64,000 bases of DNA from Octopus vulgaris. Taxonomy: Eukaryota. Positions within the stretch are counted from its first letter, which is position 1. Each line of letters begins with the position of its first letter. Below are positions 27,301-39,969 of this stretch, piece after piece. The notes under the pieces are model-generated. The model was not told the origin of the DNA. It worked only from the letters and a program-made list of their open reading frames with translations, and searched no databases. The DNA lies in the NCBI GenBank assembly GCA_951406725.2, contig OX597830.1:33480001-33544000 (forward strand), in the 5' to 3' direction. The translations under genes and the position numbers were made by a program.

Positions 27301-28239
27301 TATTTGACTGCTATTTCTGGCAGGTCAAGCACAGAGCCTTGCTCATTAGCTACATAAATATCTGTTGTTTACTTTTGATAATTGATTCTTCACTTCATGT
27401 GCTTCTTTGATTGCCATTTGTTATGGCTCTTTAATGTTTATATTGTTTGTTCATCATCATCATCATCATCGTCATCATCATCGTCATCATCATCATCGTC
27501 ATCATCATCGTCATAACTGTTATCACCATCATCGTTACCATCATCATCATCATCATCATCCGTCTCCTCCTCTCCTCCTTATCATCATCACCATTATCCT
27601 CATAACTACCATCATCATCACTGCCATCGTCATCACCTTCACAGCATCACCATCATCATCATCATCATCATCATCACAACCGTCGTCATCATCTTCATTG
27701 CTGTCATCATCATCATCATTATAACAATCCTCATCATCATCATTATCATGACCATCATCATCATCATCATCATCATCATGACCACCACCACCATCATCAT
27801 CATCAATCACATCATCATTATTACCATTCCTACAACTGCCACGACTATAACCACAACCACCACAACCACAAACACCTCAACCACGACCACGACCATCACC
27901 ATCCACCTCCTATCTTCTTATATCTGTGTGATCTGTGTGACAATGTTTGTCAAGGCATTAGTCAACCTGAAACTATATTAAGAGATTCATGCCCAAGATG
28001 TCATACAATTGATTTGAACCAGAGACCTCTTGCTTGTAAAATAGCCCTCTTGACTGCTCAGTCTTCCCTGTTTCCATATTATCTATTCACGGGGGCGTAT
28101 GAGTATTAAGTATTAAATTGAAATGTATATGATTTGCTACAAATGGCCACAGGTTTCATTCTGTTCAAGGCTACCAAATGCATATCTGTATATATTTGTG
28201 TACATCAAAAATAATGTTGACTCTATAGCAACATAAAAG

Positions 28240-28530
28240 TGCATGGCTCAGTGGTTAGAGCATCAGGCTCACAACCATGAGGTAGTGAGTTCAACTCCTG
28301 GCCCAGGCAGTGTGTGATGTTCTTGAGTTATGAAATGAGTTGCAACATCACTGGTGCTAAGCTGTTTCAGCCTTTACCTTTCACTCGGATAATATCAGTG
28401 GCATGGGGAAGGGAAGCTGGTATGCATAGGTGACTGCTGGTCATCCATAAATAGCTTTGTCTGGACTTGTGCCAAGGATGGGAAGTTTCTAGGAGCAATC
28501 CCATGGTCATTCATGACTGAAGAGAGCCTT
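28240..28530 (+). mobile_element. tRNA-derived SINE (family C variant)
   Basis: GCATGGCTCAGTGGTTAGAG A box and GAGTTCAACTCC B box; body shared with 33890-34250. Confidence 0.8.
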
Positions 28531-28556
28531 TATATCATACATATATATATATATAT

Positions 28557-28745
28557 CATCATCATCATCATCATCGTTTAACGTCCGTTCTCCATGCTAG
28601 CATGGGTTGGACGGTTCGACCAGGGTTCTGGGAAGCCAGAAGGCTGCACCAGGCTCCAGTCTAATCTGGCAATGTTTCTACAGCTGGATGCCCTTCCTAA
28701 CGCCAGGATGCCCTTCCTAACGCCAGGATGCCCTTCCTAACGCCA
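28557..28745 (-). mobile_element. Short RTE-LINE 3' end with triplicated 20-mer at the truncation point
   Basis: (CAT)n-CGTTTAACGTCCG...; GGATGCCCTTCCTAACGCCA x3 at 28686-28745. Confidence 0.9.
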
Positions 28746-28799
28746 TATATATATATATATATATATGATAAAGGGCAAATACCCTGAAACATGTCTGCA

Positions 28800-28970
28800 G
28801 ATGCCTGACCAGCAAGGTTTTTCTCCTTGTTTTTTCTGTGTCCCTTTCTGTAGAAAAGCGTAGGCTTGAAACGTAAAAGACTTTTACTATTCCTGAGTGT
28901 TATACTAATACATCTGTTTGTTATGTACACCATCTGTCTTCGTCTTTTGTTTTTTTCATAAACTGTCCCT
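28800..28970 (+). mobile_element. (TA)n-inserted Penelope-like terminal fragment with hammerhead-like motif at 28840-28881
   Basis: CTTT-CTGTAGA-A-AAGC GTAG GCTT-GAAAC-GTA-AAAG; same family as 2557-2750. Confidence 0.5.
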
Positions 28971-29072
28971 ATATATATGTGTGTGTATATATATATATAT
29001 ATGTATATATATATGTGTATATATATATATGTGTGTGTGTGTGTATATATATATATATGTATATATATATTA

Positions 29073-29106
<34 letters not shown>

Positions 29107-29121
29107 ATATGTATATATATG

Positions 29122-29155
<34 letters not shown>

Positions 29156-29190
29156 CATATGTATATATATATATATATATACACATATAT

Positions 29191-30149
29191 ATAATAAATT
29201 AATAAATAAAACATATGCATATATACATACATATATGTACGTACTTACCTCTACATGTATATATACACACATATATGGGTACAAGACTCAAAAAAAAAAC
29301 GTTGAACACAATGAGAAACGAAAACATAAACACAAAACCAAGGAACTGGACTTTTTCTTTTTCTACAACGAAAAAATAGAGTACAGGACAAATAACACAA
29401 GGAAAATTCCCCTTCTTCAGTCGCCATGGTTTCATCTACTCTGCATTTCGAAGGTGAAGGCGATACGCATCTTTAATAGAAACTTTCCTTCCCACGAAAA
29501 GCAAATTAAATAAAATTTGAGATCTTTTTGCGGAGGGGTAAAAATGGTAACAAAAACAGGACAGTAACGACAGTACAAAATATAAACAGTAAAAGACAGG
29601 ACAAGGAGAATAACAAGACAAGAAGGGCTGTTAAGCCGAACGAGAAAAAGTATTACTAACGCTATTTTTGAGAACGGCGAAGGAGCAACAGAAAATGCCG
29701 TCCACACTTCAAGGAAGTCAGGCCAGAAAGACAGTAGCAGAGCTCTCGTTGCGGGTCAACGACGGGAGGAAGGGAGGAGGAGGGGCAAGAGGAAGGGAGA
29801 GACAAAAAGGGAATGGTTGTGAGGAAACCAGAAAGAATGAAGAATGAGAGAGACAGAGAGACAGTAAGGTAGAAGAAAAGGAAACCAGAAAGAATGAAGG
29901 CTGAGAAAGGGAGGGGGACAGAAAGGTCAAGAGTGCGCATCATTATTAATATCAAGAACAATCATACTTAGAAATGGATGCGTGCGTTCCGTCATATAAT
30001 AAATTAATAAATAAAACATATGCACATATATACATACATATATGTATGTACCTACCTCTACATGTATATATACACGCATATATGGGTACAGGACACCAAA
30101 AAAACGTCGAACACAATGAGAAACGAAAACATAAACACAAAACCAAGGA
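29191..30149. mobile_element. Non-coding element bounded by 154-bp direct repeats (pseudo-LTR/LTR-like) inserted in (TA)n
   Basis: Direct repeats at 29191-29344 and 29996-30149 flank a purine-rich interior with no ORF of note. Confidence 0.75.
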
Positions 30150-31032
30150 TATATATGTATATATACGTATATATTTTTATATTTGTTTGTTTTCATTTTC
30201 ACTCCTTTCATTGTATAGGTAGTTTCTTGTTTAACAATTAGTCTTGTTTTTGTTTCGTTACCTTTATCAGTGAGGGGGTTGGGTTGGGGGTTGGGGGTTG
30301 TCTGTCAACATTTTCAGCTTAATTGATGTAGTAATTATAGAAGCTATATTGTTTGTTTTTTACACCACTACCACCACCACCACCACCACCACCACCACTA
30401 CCACCACCATCGCCACCACCGCTGCCACCACCAATGTAGCTCTCACTATTACTACCGTTGTTAACATTACCTTCAACCCTTATCGCTACCACCAACCATG
30501 CCATTACCATTACTGCCGCCACCACCACCACCACCACCACTGACACTATTATCACTGCCACCTCAACCATTGTTGCCACTCTCATCATTGCTATTCTAAT
30601 TAATAAACTTGTCAATTAGGGTGATGATTTATCATTAAGAGACTAAGGAATAATCGTGGCTATGGTGCTGGTAATAGAGGGAGTGTTGGTGGTTTGGTGT
30701 TTGTGTTAGTGTACCTGCTATCTGTGACGGTGGTGGTGGTGGTGGTGGTGGTGGTGGTGGTGGTAGTGATGACAGTGGTAGTTGTGATTGTGATCACAGT
30801 AGTACTAATATTATAATAGTGGCGGTAGCAGTGATATTTGGTATTTGTGATGCCTGTGGTGGTGGTGGTGGTGGTGGTGGCTACAGCTGATACTTTGGTA
30901 ATGAATTAAGACAAAGCAAATCAGATATCATCAATTCTAATTTTTATTTTCTGATCAAGGAGAAATCAGGTAATATTTTATCAGAACTATTAGAGATCCT
31001 TGTTGTTGTTGTTATTATTATTATTATTATTC

Positions 31033-31945
31033 TATGTTTGACTTTTGCTTTATGTCTGTACAAGTTGGCTCCAAGTCTCACCCAGAGACCTCAAGAGACA
31101 ACAGGTTGGAAGTTCACGTTGTTGTTATGCCTAGTGTGCCATATATATATATTTATTTTTTTTTTGGTGTTGTACTAGTGAATGTCTAATACATAAATTA
31201 AAAAAAAAAAAAGAAACAAAAAATTTGTTTTAAACCTTGGGATTACTTAGAGAGTATTTTGTGTAGGATATGAGCAGTTCCCATGAGCACTATCTTTTGA
31301 ATTTCTGCCATTTTGGGGTTTCCTGGTATCTGAGTTAGGTAGCAATCAGCCCCTTTCGCTATCATTCCCAGGGCACCTATGACAACAGGTATTGTTTTAG
31401 TCTTCAGGTTCCACATTTTGCTGATTTCTATTTCAAGATCTTTATATTTGCTCAGTTTTTGGTAGGTCTTGACAGATACGTTTATATCGATTGGGACAGT
31501 CATATCAATGAGGAGGCATGTTCTTTGTCTGAAGTCTTTCAATATGATGTCTGGCCTATTTGCATCTATCTTTCTGTCAGTTTGAATGGTGAAGTTCCAG
31601 AGGAGTGAGATGTGGTCATTTTCAAGCACTGGAGGTGGATTGTGTTCCCACCAGTTTTTTTCATGGGGCAAATCCAGGTTTTTGCAAATTACCCAGTGAA
31701 TATATTGTGTAGCTATATCATGCCTGTTGAGGTACTCTGTAGGCGCTAGAAGACTGCACTTGGAGACAACATGATCAATGGTTTCATTTTGTTGTCGGCA
31801 TACACGACATGTTGGGCTGCTGCCGTTTTTAATATGTTGGCCTGGTAGTTTTTTGTTGGTAGGCATTGATCTTGAGCTGCTATGATAAACCCTTCTGTTT
31901 CAGATTTTAAACCAGAGGCTATTAGCCATTGATGGGTCAGTATTC
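31033..31945 (-). mobile_element. R4/Dong-like non-LTR retrotransposon 3' fragment (CCHC knuckle + restriction-like endonuclease)
   Basis: WLIASGLKSETEGFIIAAQDQ, then after a frameshift CRVC..ETIDHVVSKC, RHD, RPDII, LIDMTVP, KLSKYKDL, PVVIGALG; (AAT)n on both sides. Confidence 0.92.
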
Positions 31946-31956
31946 GCTCTCTTTGG

Positions 31957-32003
<47 letters not shown>

Positions 32004-32024
32004 GTTATTGTTATTATTATTATT

Positions 32025-32242
32025 CTATGTTTGACTTTTGCTTTACATTTGCACACGCTGGCTCCAAGTCTCACCCAGAGACCTCAAGAGACAACAAGTT
32101 GGAAGTTCATGTTGGTGTTATGCCTAGGGTGCCATATATTTGGTTTTGTACTGAGTGTTGTACTAGTGAATGCCTAAAAAACCATATGAAAATTATGTTT
32201 GTTTTAAAACTTGAGATTACAAAGAAAGTATTTTGCGTAGGA

Positions 32243-32245
<3 letters not shown>
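32025..32245 (-). mobile_element. Second R4/Dong-like 3' end (UTR plus last codons)
   Basis: CTATGTTTGACTTTTGCTTT..GGCTCCAAGTCTCACCCAGAGACCTCAAGAGACAAC nearly identical to 31032-31105; flanked by (TAT)n. Confidence 0.85.
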
Positions 32246-32282
<37 letters not shown>

Positions 32283-32690
32283 GAGTGAGAGAGCAGTGCA
32301 GGCCATCAAAGTGACACTGGGATAAAACATATGAAGCCCAGTATACACATCATGACTACCCGTCTGATAAGGGTACACCAGGCACATGCATCACAACCAT
32401 GTGTGTGCAACATGGGGATCTCATATCAAGATAATTAGCACATGATCTTGCAGGTGGGGCCCAGTTAGAATTTTCTTCAGGTCGAGTAGCCCATCCCACT
32501 CAAAAGGTCCCTGAATAAGGATTGTTTAAGGATGTTGAACAAACCACCCATGTTTCCAAAGGTGAATTATCCAAACCTCCAAGAATTCCTTTCAACACAC
32601 AGCCATGATGTTCCCCCACTACTTCTGCTTGTGGTCAGAGATGCACATAATGTCAGCCACTAAGAGATATGGTCAACTGGTTAAGGTCAT
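32283..32690 (-). mobile_element. (AAT)n-associated element family D
   Basis: GAGTGAGAGAGCAGTGCA..CCATCAAAGTGAC is the reverse complement of the 36107-36614 end; (TAT)n on both sides. Confidence 0.8.
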
Positions 32691-32724
32691 TATTATTATT
32701 ATCATTATTATTATTATTATTATT

Positions 32725-32931
32725 AAGGTGGCGAGCTGACAGAATCATTAGCATGCCAGGTGAAATGCTTAGCAGTATTTTGCCCGTTGCTACATTCTGA
32801 GTTCAAACTGTCCCTTTCATCTTTTCAGAGTCAATTAAATAAGTACCAGTTATACACTGTTGCGGGAGGGGGTCGATGTAATTGACTCATCCTTTCCCCA
32901 AAATTGCTGCCCTTGTGGCAAAATTTGAAAC

Positions 32932-32932
<1 letters not shown>
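32725..32932 (+). mobile_element. SINE family B
   Basis: AAGGTGGCGAGCTGACAGAATCATTAGC...GAGTTCAAA...AAGTACCAG. Confidence 0.8.
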
Positions 32933-32968
<36 letters not shown>

Positions 32969-32981
32969 GTTATTATTATTG

Positions 32982-33370
32982 GTGCCTGGCCTCCGTGCTG
33001 GTAGCACGTAACAAACACCATCCGATCGTGGCCGTTGCCAGCCTCGCCTGGCCTCCGTGCTGGTGGCATGTAACAAACACCATCCGATCGTGGCCGTTGC
33101 CAGCCTCGCCTGGCCTCAGTGCTGGTGGCACGTAAAAAACACCATCCGAGCTTGGCTGTTCGCCAGCCTCGTCTGGCACCTGTGTCGGTGGCACATAAAA
33201 AGCACCCACTACACTCACGGGGTGGTTGGCGTTAGGAAGGGCATCCAGCTGTAGAAACACTGCCAGATCTGACTGGGCCTGGTGCAGCCTTCGGGCTTCC
33301 CAGACCCCAGTTGAACCGTCCAACCCATGCTAGCATGGAAAGCGGACGTTAAACGATGACGATGATGATG
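32982..33370 (+). mobile_element. RTE-LINE 3' end with three ~60-bp internal repeats and (GAT)n tail
   Basis: CACCATCCGATCGTGGCCGTTGCCAGCCTCGCCTGG is repeated; terminus GGACGTTAAACGATGAC. Confidence 0.9.
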
Positions 33371-33375
33371 ATTAA

Positions 33376-33455
<80 letters not shown>

Positions 33456-33693
33456 ATGATAGCAGCAGCAGCAATGATAGCAGCAGCAGCAATGATAGCA
33501 GCAGCAGCTCTAGCCATGACTATCTCAGCTTTTATTCAAACTTCTAGAGCCACCTCACATAATTTTCCTTCATTATTTATTTAATGATGTTAAGTCTTAA
33601 ATTGAAGGAGATTTGACTGCCATTTCCAGCATGGTAAGTGACTAACTATAGGTGTCTTGCTTCAAAGAAAAGGTGAAATGAAATATACCTGGT

Positions 33694-34292
33694 ATAACTT
33701 TTTAGTGTTTAAACTGGCCATATCAGGCCCAAATATTTGACTGTGTTTTATGTTCAGACCAACCAGATCTGAATCTCCTACAATGTCATTCTAAAAATAA
33801 GCGATAACATCATCAAAATCTTGAAGCTATGAGATGATGCAAAATTAATTCAAAATAATGTGAATAAATAAGTATAACATTTTTGTTGAAGGCATATTGT
33901 TCAGTGGTTAGATCATCGAACTCACAATCATGTTGTAGTGAGTTCGATTCTTGGACCAGGTTGTATCCCTGAGCAAGACATTTTATTTCATGTTGCTCCA
34001 GTTCATTCAGAAATGAGTTGGGATGTCACTGGTGCCAAGCTGTATCGGCCTTTGCCTTTCCCTCGGATAACATCAGTGACATGGAGAGGTGAGGCTGATA
34101 TGTATCGGTAACTGCTGGTTTTCCATTAACAACCTTGCCCAGACTTATGCCTCAGAGGGGAACTTTCTAGCTACTTTCTCTTCATTTGCCTCAATGGGCA
34201 ATGGGGAACTTTCTAGGTGCAATCAATGCTCATTCATGACCAGACGGGTGTTTATTGCATTTGTCTGAGTAATTTGAATGTTAAAGGGTTAA
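33694..34292. mobile_element. Putative TTAA-ended (piggyBac-like) MITE interrupted by a family-C SINE at 33890-34250
   Basis: Right end GAATGTTAAAGGGTTAA; degenerate left end ATAACTTTTTAGTGTTTAAA; SINE A/B boxes at about 33895-33955. Confidence 0.45.
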
Positions 34293-34620
34293 GCTCATTT
34301 TGTGATATGAAAACAGGAAAAGGTTAACATCAAGCTGGTCAGCAGCCTCCACTCTATCATACTATTTGTTTTATTAATTAATGAACGAGGCTGTCTCTAC
34401 ATAGTCAGTTGCCTTATTAGAAATATCAGACAAATCTCCCTCAATTTAACTCCCTGGGGTCTTAGAGAGAAAAGAAGCACATTAAACAATAGGGCTCTCG
34501 AGATGGGTTGGTCATGGCTCAAAAATAAAAGCCTTTGATCTTAGGTCTGCTTGATCAAGGATGATTTGAAGATAAACAAATCAAGAACAAGAACAACAAG
34601 CACAAACATATGTACAAGTC

Positions 34621-34665
<45 letters not shown>

Positions 34666-35140
34666 GTACTTGTCTCCATGTTAAAGCTAGTTTCATTGAT
34701 AGCTCAAAGATGACACCAAAATTCTTCACAGTTGAAATAGCGCTTGATGGAGCGATAAATTGCTCATGATGCTTTCAAAATTCTTATATAAAGAATAATA
34801 TTAAATCCAACTAAAAAACACAAATTTTTAAAATAATAAAACAACACAGAAAGATGCTACATTTAACATTTAACTAACATCTGCTTATGAGATTAGACTT
34901 ATCCTTGGATAAACTCAAACTACTATTATAGTATTGTTAATTTGATCTGTAAAGAAAACTGTTTATTTTTGTTTTGTTTTGTTTTTTTGGTTACCCCTTT
35001 CCTTTGCCTCCTCCTCCTCCTCCCCCCACCCACCACTAGGCAATTGAAGGGCTTTTAAATGAATGTTTTGAGATATTTGGTCTAGCATGTCTGTGCGTAA
35101 ATATCTTAGGAAACATTAGATGCTAGCATTTTGCACAAAC

Positions 35141-35194
<54 letters not shown>

Positions 35195-36106
35195 ATACGC
35201 ATACACACATATGTATTTATATTTTCTTCTGTTTCTGTTTCTCTCTTTCACACACATGCATATCCACGAAAATATATGGTGATAAAGAAATGCACAGACA
35301 CAGACACACACACACACACTCAAGTACCATCATCATCATTATCATTGTTGTCATTGTCGTCGTCATTGTCATCGTCATCCTCATTTGTCATTGTTTTTCT
35401 CTCATTTTCCATACTAGCATGATTTAGTAAAAGTCATTCTGGCAGTATTCTACAGTTAAATAAATGTCCTTCTTGTTGTTAACCCTTGCTTGTTTTTGCA
35501 GTCAGTTAATTTTATTCCACTGGTATTTTACATACAACAAAACATGGAAACACACACACACACACATATATATTAGAAGGTTTGGAGGCGATGTACAGAT
35601 ATCATATATTAAAAGAAATAAGGTACTCAGAAATCTGGATGGTTTTATATTTACAGATTTTTATTAATATGTCACATGATTTTATAAATCATATTTTAGC
35701 ACTTGCATCCACTCTAGTAGATTCTTTATATATATATATATATACACACACCCTCTCACAGGTGTGTAACCTAACAGTCAGGGTCTTAGACACACAATCA
35801 TAAGATCATGAATTCATTTGCTGGGTGAGCTGTGCATTGTGTTCTTAACCCGTAAATAACCCTGGTTGAATTTTCACAAACCTGCTCCTACTTTTTGGGA
35901 CGACTGAATATACCAAATGGCTAACAGTTGCATAATGTCCTTCTCTTCTGGATTGTGACAGCTTACCAGAATGTCAGCTAGATGTTAAAAATTTATGAAG
36001 TTGTGGATATTTTGGATCCATCTATTCAGGCTATATGTATACTTGATCAGGACTCGCCTGAAACTGACACAACAATAACAACAACAACAAGAATAATAAT
36101 AAATAC

Positions 36107-36614
36107 CCTGATACAATACCACACTGTGATTCTCGTGGCTTCTGATCTTAACTGATTGGAAGTGTTATCATGTACATTGTTTTGTCTTGGTAAAAAAGAT
36201 GGGCTACAGCAAATATTCTGCTCAATACCACAGATTTGCTTGTCAGTTGCTTGACCATAACCAGTTGATCATGTCCCTTAGTGGCTGACATTATGTGCAT
36301 TTCTGACCACAAGCAGAAGTAGTGGGTGAGCATCATAGCTGTGTGTTGAGAGGAATTCTTGGAGGTTTAATGTGCTTCTTATTCAGGGACCTTTTGTGTG
36401 GGATGGGCTACCCAACCAGAAGAAAATTCTAACTGGGCTTCACCTGCAAGGTCATGCGCTGTTTATCTTGATATGAGATCACCATGTCTTACACATATGA
36501 TCGTGATGCATGTGCCTAGTGTACCCTTATCAGATGGGTAGTCATGATGGGTATACTGGGCTTCGTATATTTTACTCCAGGGTCACTTTGATGGCATGCA
36601 CTGCTCTCTCACTC
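36107..36614 (+). mobile_element. (AAT)n-associated element family D, near full length
   Basis: GGCTTCTGATCTTAACTGATTGGAAGTGTTATC...GCACTGCTCTCTCACTC followed by (AAT)n. Confidence 0.8.
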
Positions 36615-36669
36615 AATAATAATAGTAATAATAATAATAGTAATAATAATAGTAATAATAGTAATAATA

Positions 36670-36723
<54 letters not shown>

Positions 36724-36747
36724 TGTGCAAGGCTCAAATTATTATTA

Positions 36748-37340
36748 TTGCACAAAAAAGAATACAAGTGCCGCCACGGTACAGTGTGTGTGTATCTTCA
36801 TTGGCACTTATGCCATAAATACCAATATGAAGTAACAAAGAACTGGTATGAGTATGTCCTAAATTAAGTTATGCAGGAGGATGGAAGAGTAACGATACTC
36901 TGGGACTATGATTTTCAGATGGATCATGTAATTGAACACCATCGGCCGGATATTGTCATAATGAAAAAGAGAGACAAATACTGTCAGATCATTGATGTAG
37001 CCATACTAAATGACATGAATGTTGTGAGTAAAGAGGTTGAAAAATTCACAAAGTACTCCAAACTGAAAGTGAAAATGGCAAGACTGTATGGAATGTGAGA
37101 GGGTAATGTAAAAGTGATACCACTGGTGATCAGAGCATTGGACTCAGTCCCATTGAAACCTCAGAACTTCTTAAGACAACTGGAAATCCCATGCAAGATT
37201 GATGTCATGCAAAAAGCAGCCTTATTGGGTACAGAACACATCTTAAGGAAAATATTATCTGTATGAGGTCCTTGTTGTGGCTTGACAGATGACTAAAGAT
37301 TCCCGTGCATTTTTACCTACACTGTGTTACGAAGGAATCA
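36748..37340 (+). mobile_element. R4/Dong-like RLE retrotransposon 3' fragment (second subfamily, degraded)
   Basis: KEYKCRH..LHWHLC..WYEY, ILWDYDFQMDH..HRPDIV..IIDVA..KFTKY..VIPLVIRALD..QKAALLGTEHILRKIL with in-frame stops. Confidence 0.88.
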
Positions 37341-37374
37341 TGATGATGATGATGATGATGATGATGATAGTAAT

Positions 37375-37520
37375 CCTTTCTACTAAAGGCAGAAGGCTTG
37401 AAATTTGTGGAGGGGATTAGTCAATTACATCGATCTCGGTGTTTCACTAGTACTTGATTTATTAACACTGAAAAGATGAAAGGTAAAGTCGACCTTGGCA
37501 GAATTTGAACTCAGATTGTA
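37375..37520 (-). mobile_element. SINE family B fragment
   Basis: GATGAAAGGTAAAGTCGACCTTGGCAGAATTTGAACTCAG. Confidence 0.75.
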
Positions 37521-37563
37521 AAGATGAATAATAATAATAATGATGATGATAATAATGATGATG

Positions 37564-37607
<44 letters not shown>

Positions 37608-38625
37608 CACCCATGCAATGCAATCATGGAAAAAGTGAATACTAAAACACTTAAGATGATGATGATGATGGTGACGATGATGATGATGACGCTGATGGCG
37701 ACGACGACGACGACGGCGATGACGATGATGACGATGATGACAATGATGATGACGATGACGATGATGATGGTAATGAATTAGGATCTTTGAAATTACAAAC
37801 AAATCACGTGTAATTTGCTTCTGTTTGTACGTCTGTCTGTCTGTCTGTTTGTCAGTCTGTCCATCTGTCCGTCTGTCTGTTCATCTGTCTCTGTCTTCCC
37901 TGTCGCCCATTCCCTTTCTGTCCTCCTCTCCATCTCCTCCCATTCCTCGTCCCTACTTATAAAACGATATAGTACAGATGTTTGATGTTGTTGTTGCTGC
38001 TGTTGCCATTGTTGTTGTTGCAGTTGTTGTTGCTGTTATTGTTGTTGTTGTTGCTCTAATGTCCTCTTATGCTATCAATATCCCCTCTCCCCCACCTCTA
38101 TCTCTCTCACTCACTGTTGCTCTCCCTCTTATTTCCCCACGACCCATTTTCACCATGAGCAATATTATAAAATGAGATTGTTCCATATGCATGTGTATGA
38201 CCATATATATATTTATATTTATGTGTGTGAGTGTGTATACCTATATGTATGTATACATATGTGTGTGTATGTTTGTATATATATATATAGATATATACAC
38301 ACACATATATATATATGTATATATATATATATCTATGTATTTATGTATGTATATGTATATATATATACACACACAGCATGCATGCATATATTCACATATT
38401 CATCAATCAGTACATATGTATTGGCATTTTATAGGTATGTCTGTATACAGATGCGTGTATTCTGATATAAATATATAATTATACACAAGTGTTCATATAC
38501 AATAATTATATATGCATCGTTATACAACCTCACACGCATAGCAAACACTTACAAACACATTCGCACACAATATTGCCTTCTATAAATGCATCGCTGCTAT
38601 CATCACCACCACCACCACCACATCC

Positions 38626-38674
<49 letters not shown>

Positions 38675-39397
38675 CCACCACCACCACCATTATCATCATC
38701 ATCATCATCATCGTCATCATCACCACCATCATCGTCATCAGTACCATCATTATCATTATCATTATCATCTACTTTCCCTAATATCCATGGTTACAATCTG
38801 GCTAATTGCACTAATTGCATTTATTCCCAGAATACCTTTCATTTGATCTACTTTATTTACTTTACCAAGATTTACCATTTTTTTTTTTTTACCTGTTTTA
38901 TTTTTATTAATACGTTTTATTTATTTTTTACATTTGTTTATTTATTGTTAATTTACTTATTATATTTATATGTATATATATTTGTTTGTGTTTTAGTTCT
39001 CTTTTTACTTGCTGCTTTCTGCATTTCTGCTTTTTTTTTCATCATCTATTTCTCTCTTTTGTTTTTTTTTTTTTGTTTTAATGCTAAGCTCAGCTAGCTT
39101 GGCTGGCTTGGATAACTTGGATGGTTTGATGGTTGGATGGTTCTGTAAAGTTTTGGTGATATTTATATTATTAATTACTAGAGTGTAGAGGTGAAATTGG
39201 CCCAAGTGATGTTGGCGGCAGTGATGGTGGTGATTGATTGTGGCGGCGTTGGCGTTGGTGTTGGTGGGTGTAGTGGTAGTCATACTGGTAGCTGTAGAAT
39301 TGTTGTAGTAACCTCTGAGTTCTGTTCCTGAGTGTACGACCGTTTTTGAAGCATACATACATAGATGCATAATTACATGTTTATATGCACATAGGTG

Positions 39398-39790
39398 CAG
39401 GAGTGGCTGTGTGGTAAGTAGCTTGCTAACCAACCACATGGTTCCGGGTTCAGTCCCACTGCGTGGCATCTTGGGCAAGTGTCTTCTGCTATAGCTTCGG
39501 GCCGACCAATGCCTTGTGAGTGGATCTGGTAGACGGAAACTGAAAGAAGCCCGTCATATATATGTATATATATATATATATGTATGTGTGTGTTTGTCCC
39601 CCTAGCATTGCTTGACAACCGATGCTGGTGTGTTTACGTCCCCGTCACTTAGCGGTTCGGCAAAAGAGACTGATAGAATAAGTACTGGGCTTACAAAGAA
39701 TAAGTCCTTGGGTCGATTTGCACGACTAAAGGCGGTGCTCCAGCATGGCTGCAGTCAAATGACTGAAACAAGTAAAAGAGTAAAAGAGAT
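39398..39790 (+). mobile_element. SINE family A, full length, young
   Basis: tRNA-like head (TGGCTGTGTGG; GGTTCAGTCCC), CTTGGGCAAGT CORE-like motif, internal (TA)/(TG) tract, (GTAAAAGA)n tail. Confidence 0.92.
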
Positions 39791-39969
39791 AGATATTACA
39801 TACAGACAAACACATGTATACACATAGCTTTTTACTTACAGATGCACTCACATACTCAGACTTACATTTACACACACACACACACACACAACCACACACA
39901 CACATGTAATATTGTATTATCTACACTTTTAAGGTGTATTCTTGATGTACTTCAAAAAATAACTATAGA

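Noticed and set aside
34665-34775. Minus-strand peptide STVKNFGVIFELSMK resembling an L2/CR1 RT motif or a small exon
   Set aside because: Too short, no flanking RT motifs, weak splice sites
39398-39475. tRNA-like A/B boxes here and at other SINE heads
   Set aside because: No complete cloverleaf; each continues into a SINE body and tail, so they are not tRNA genes
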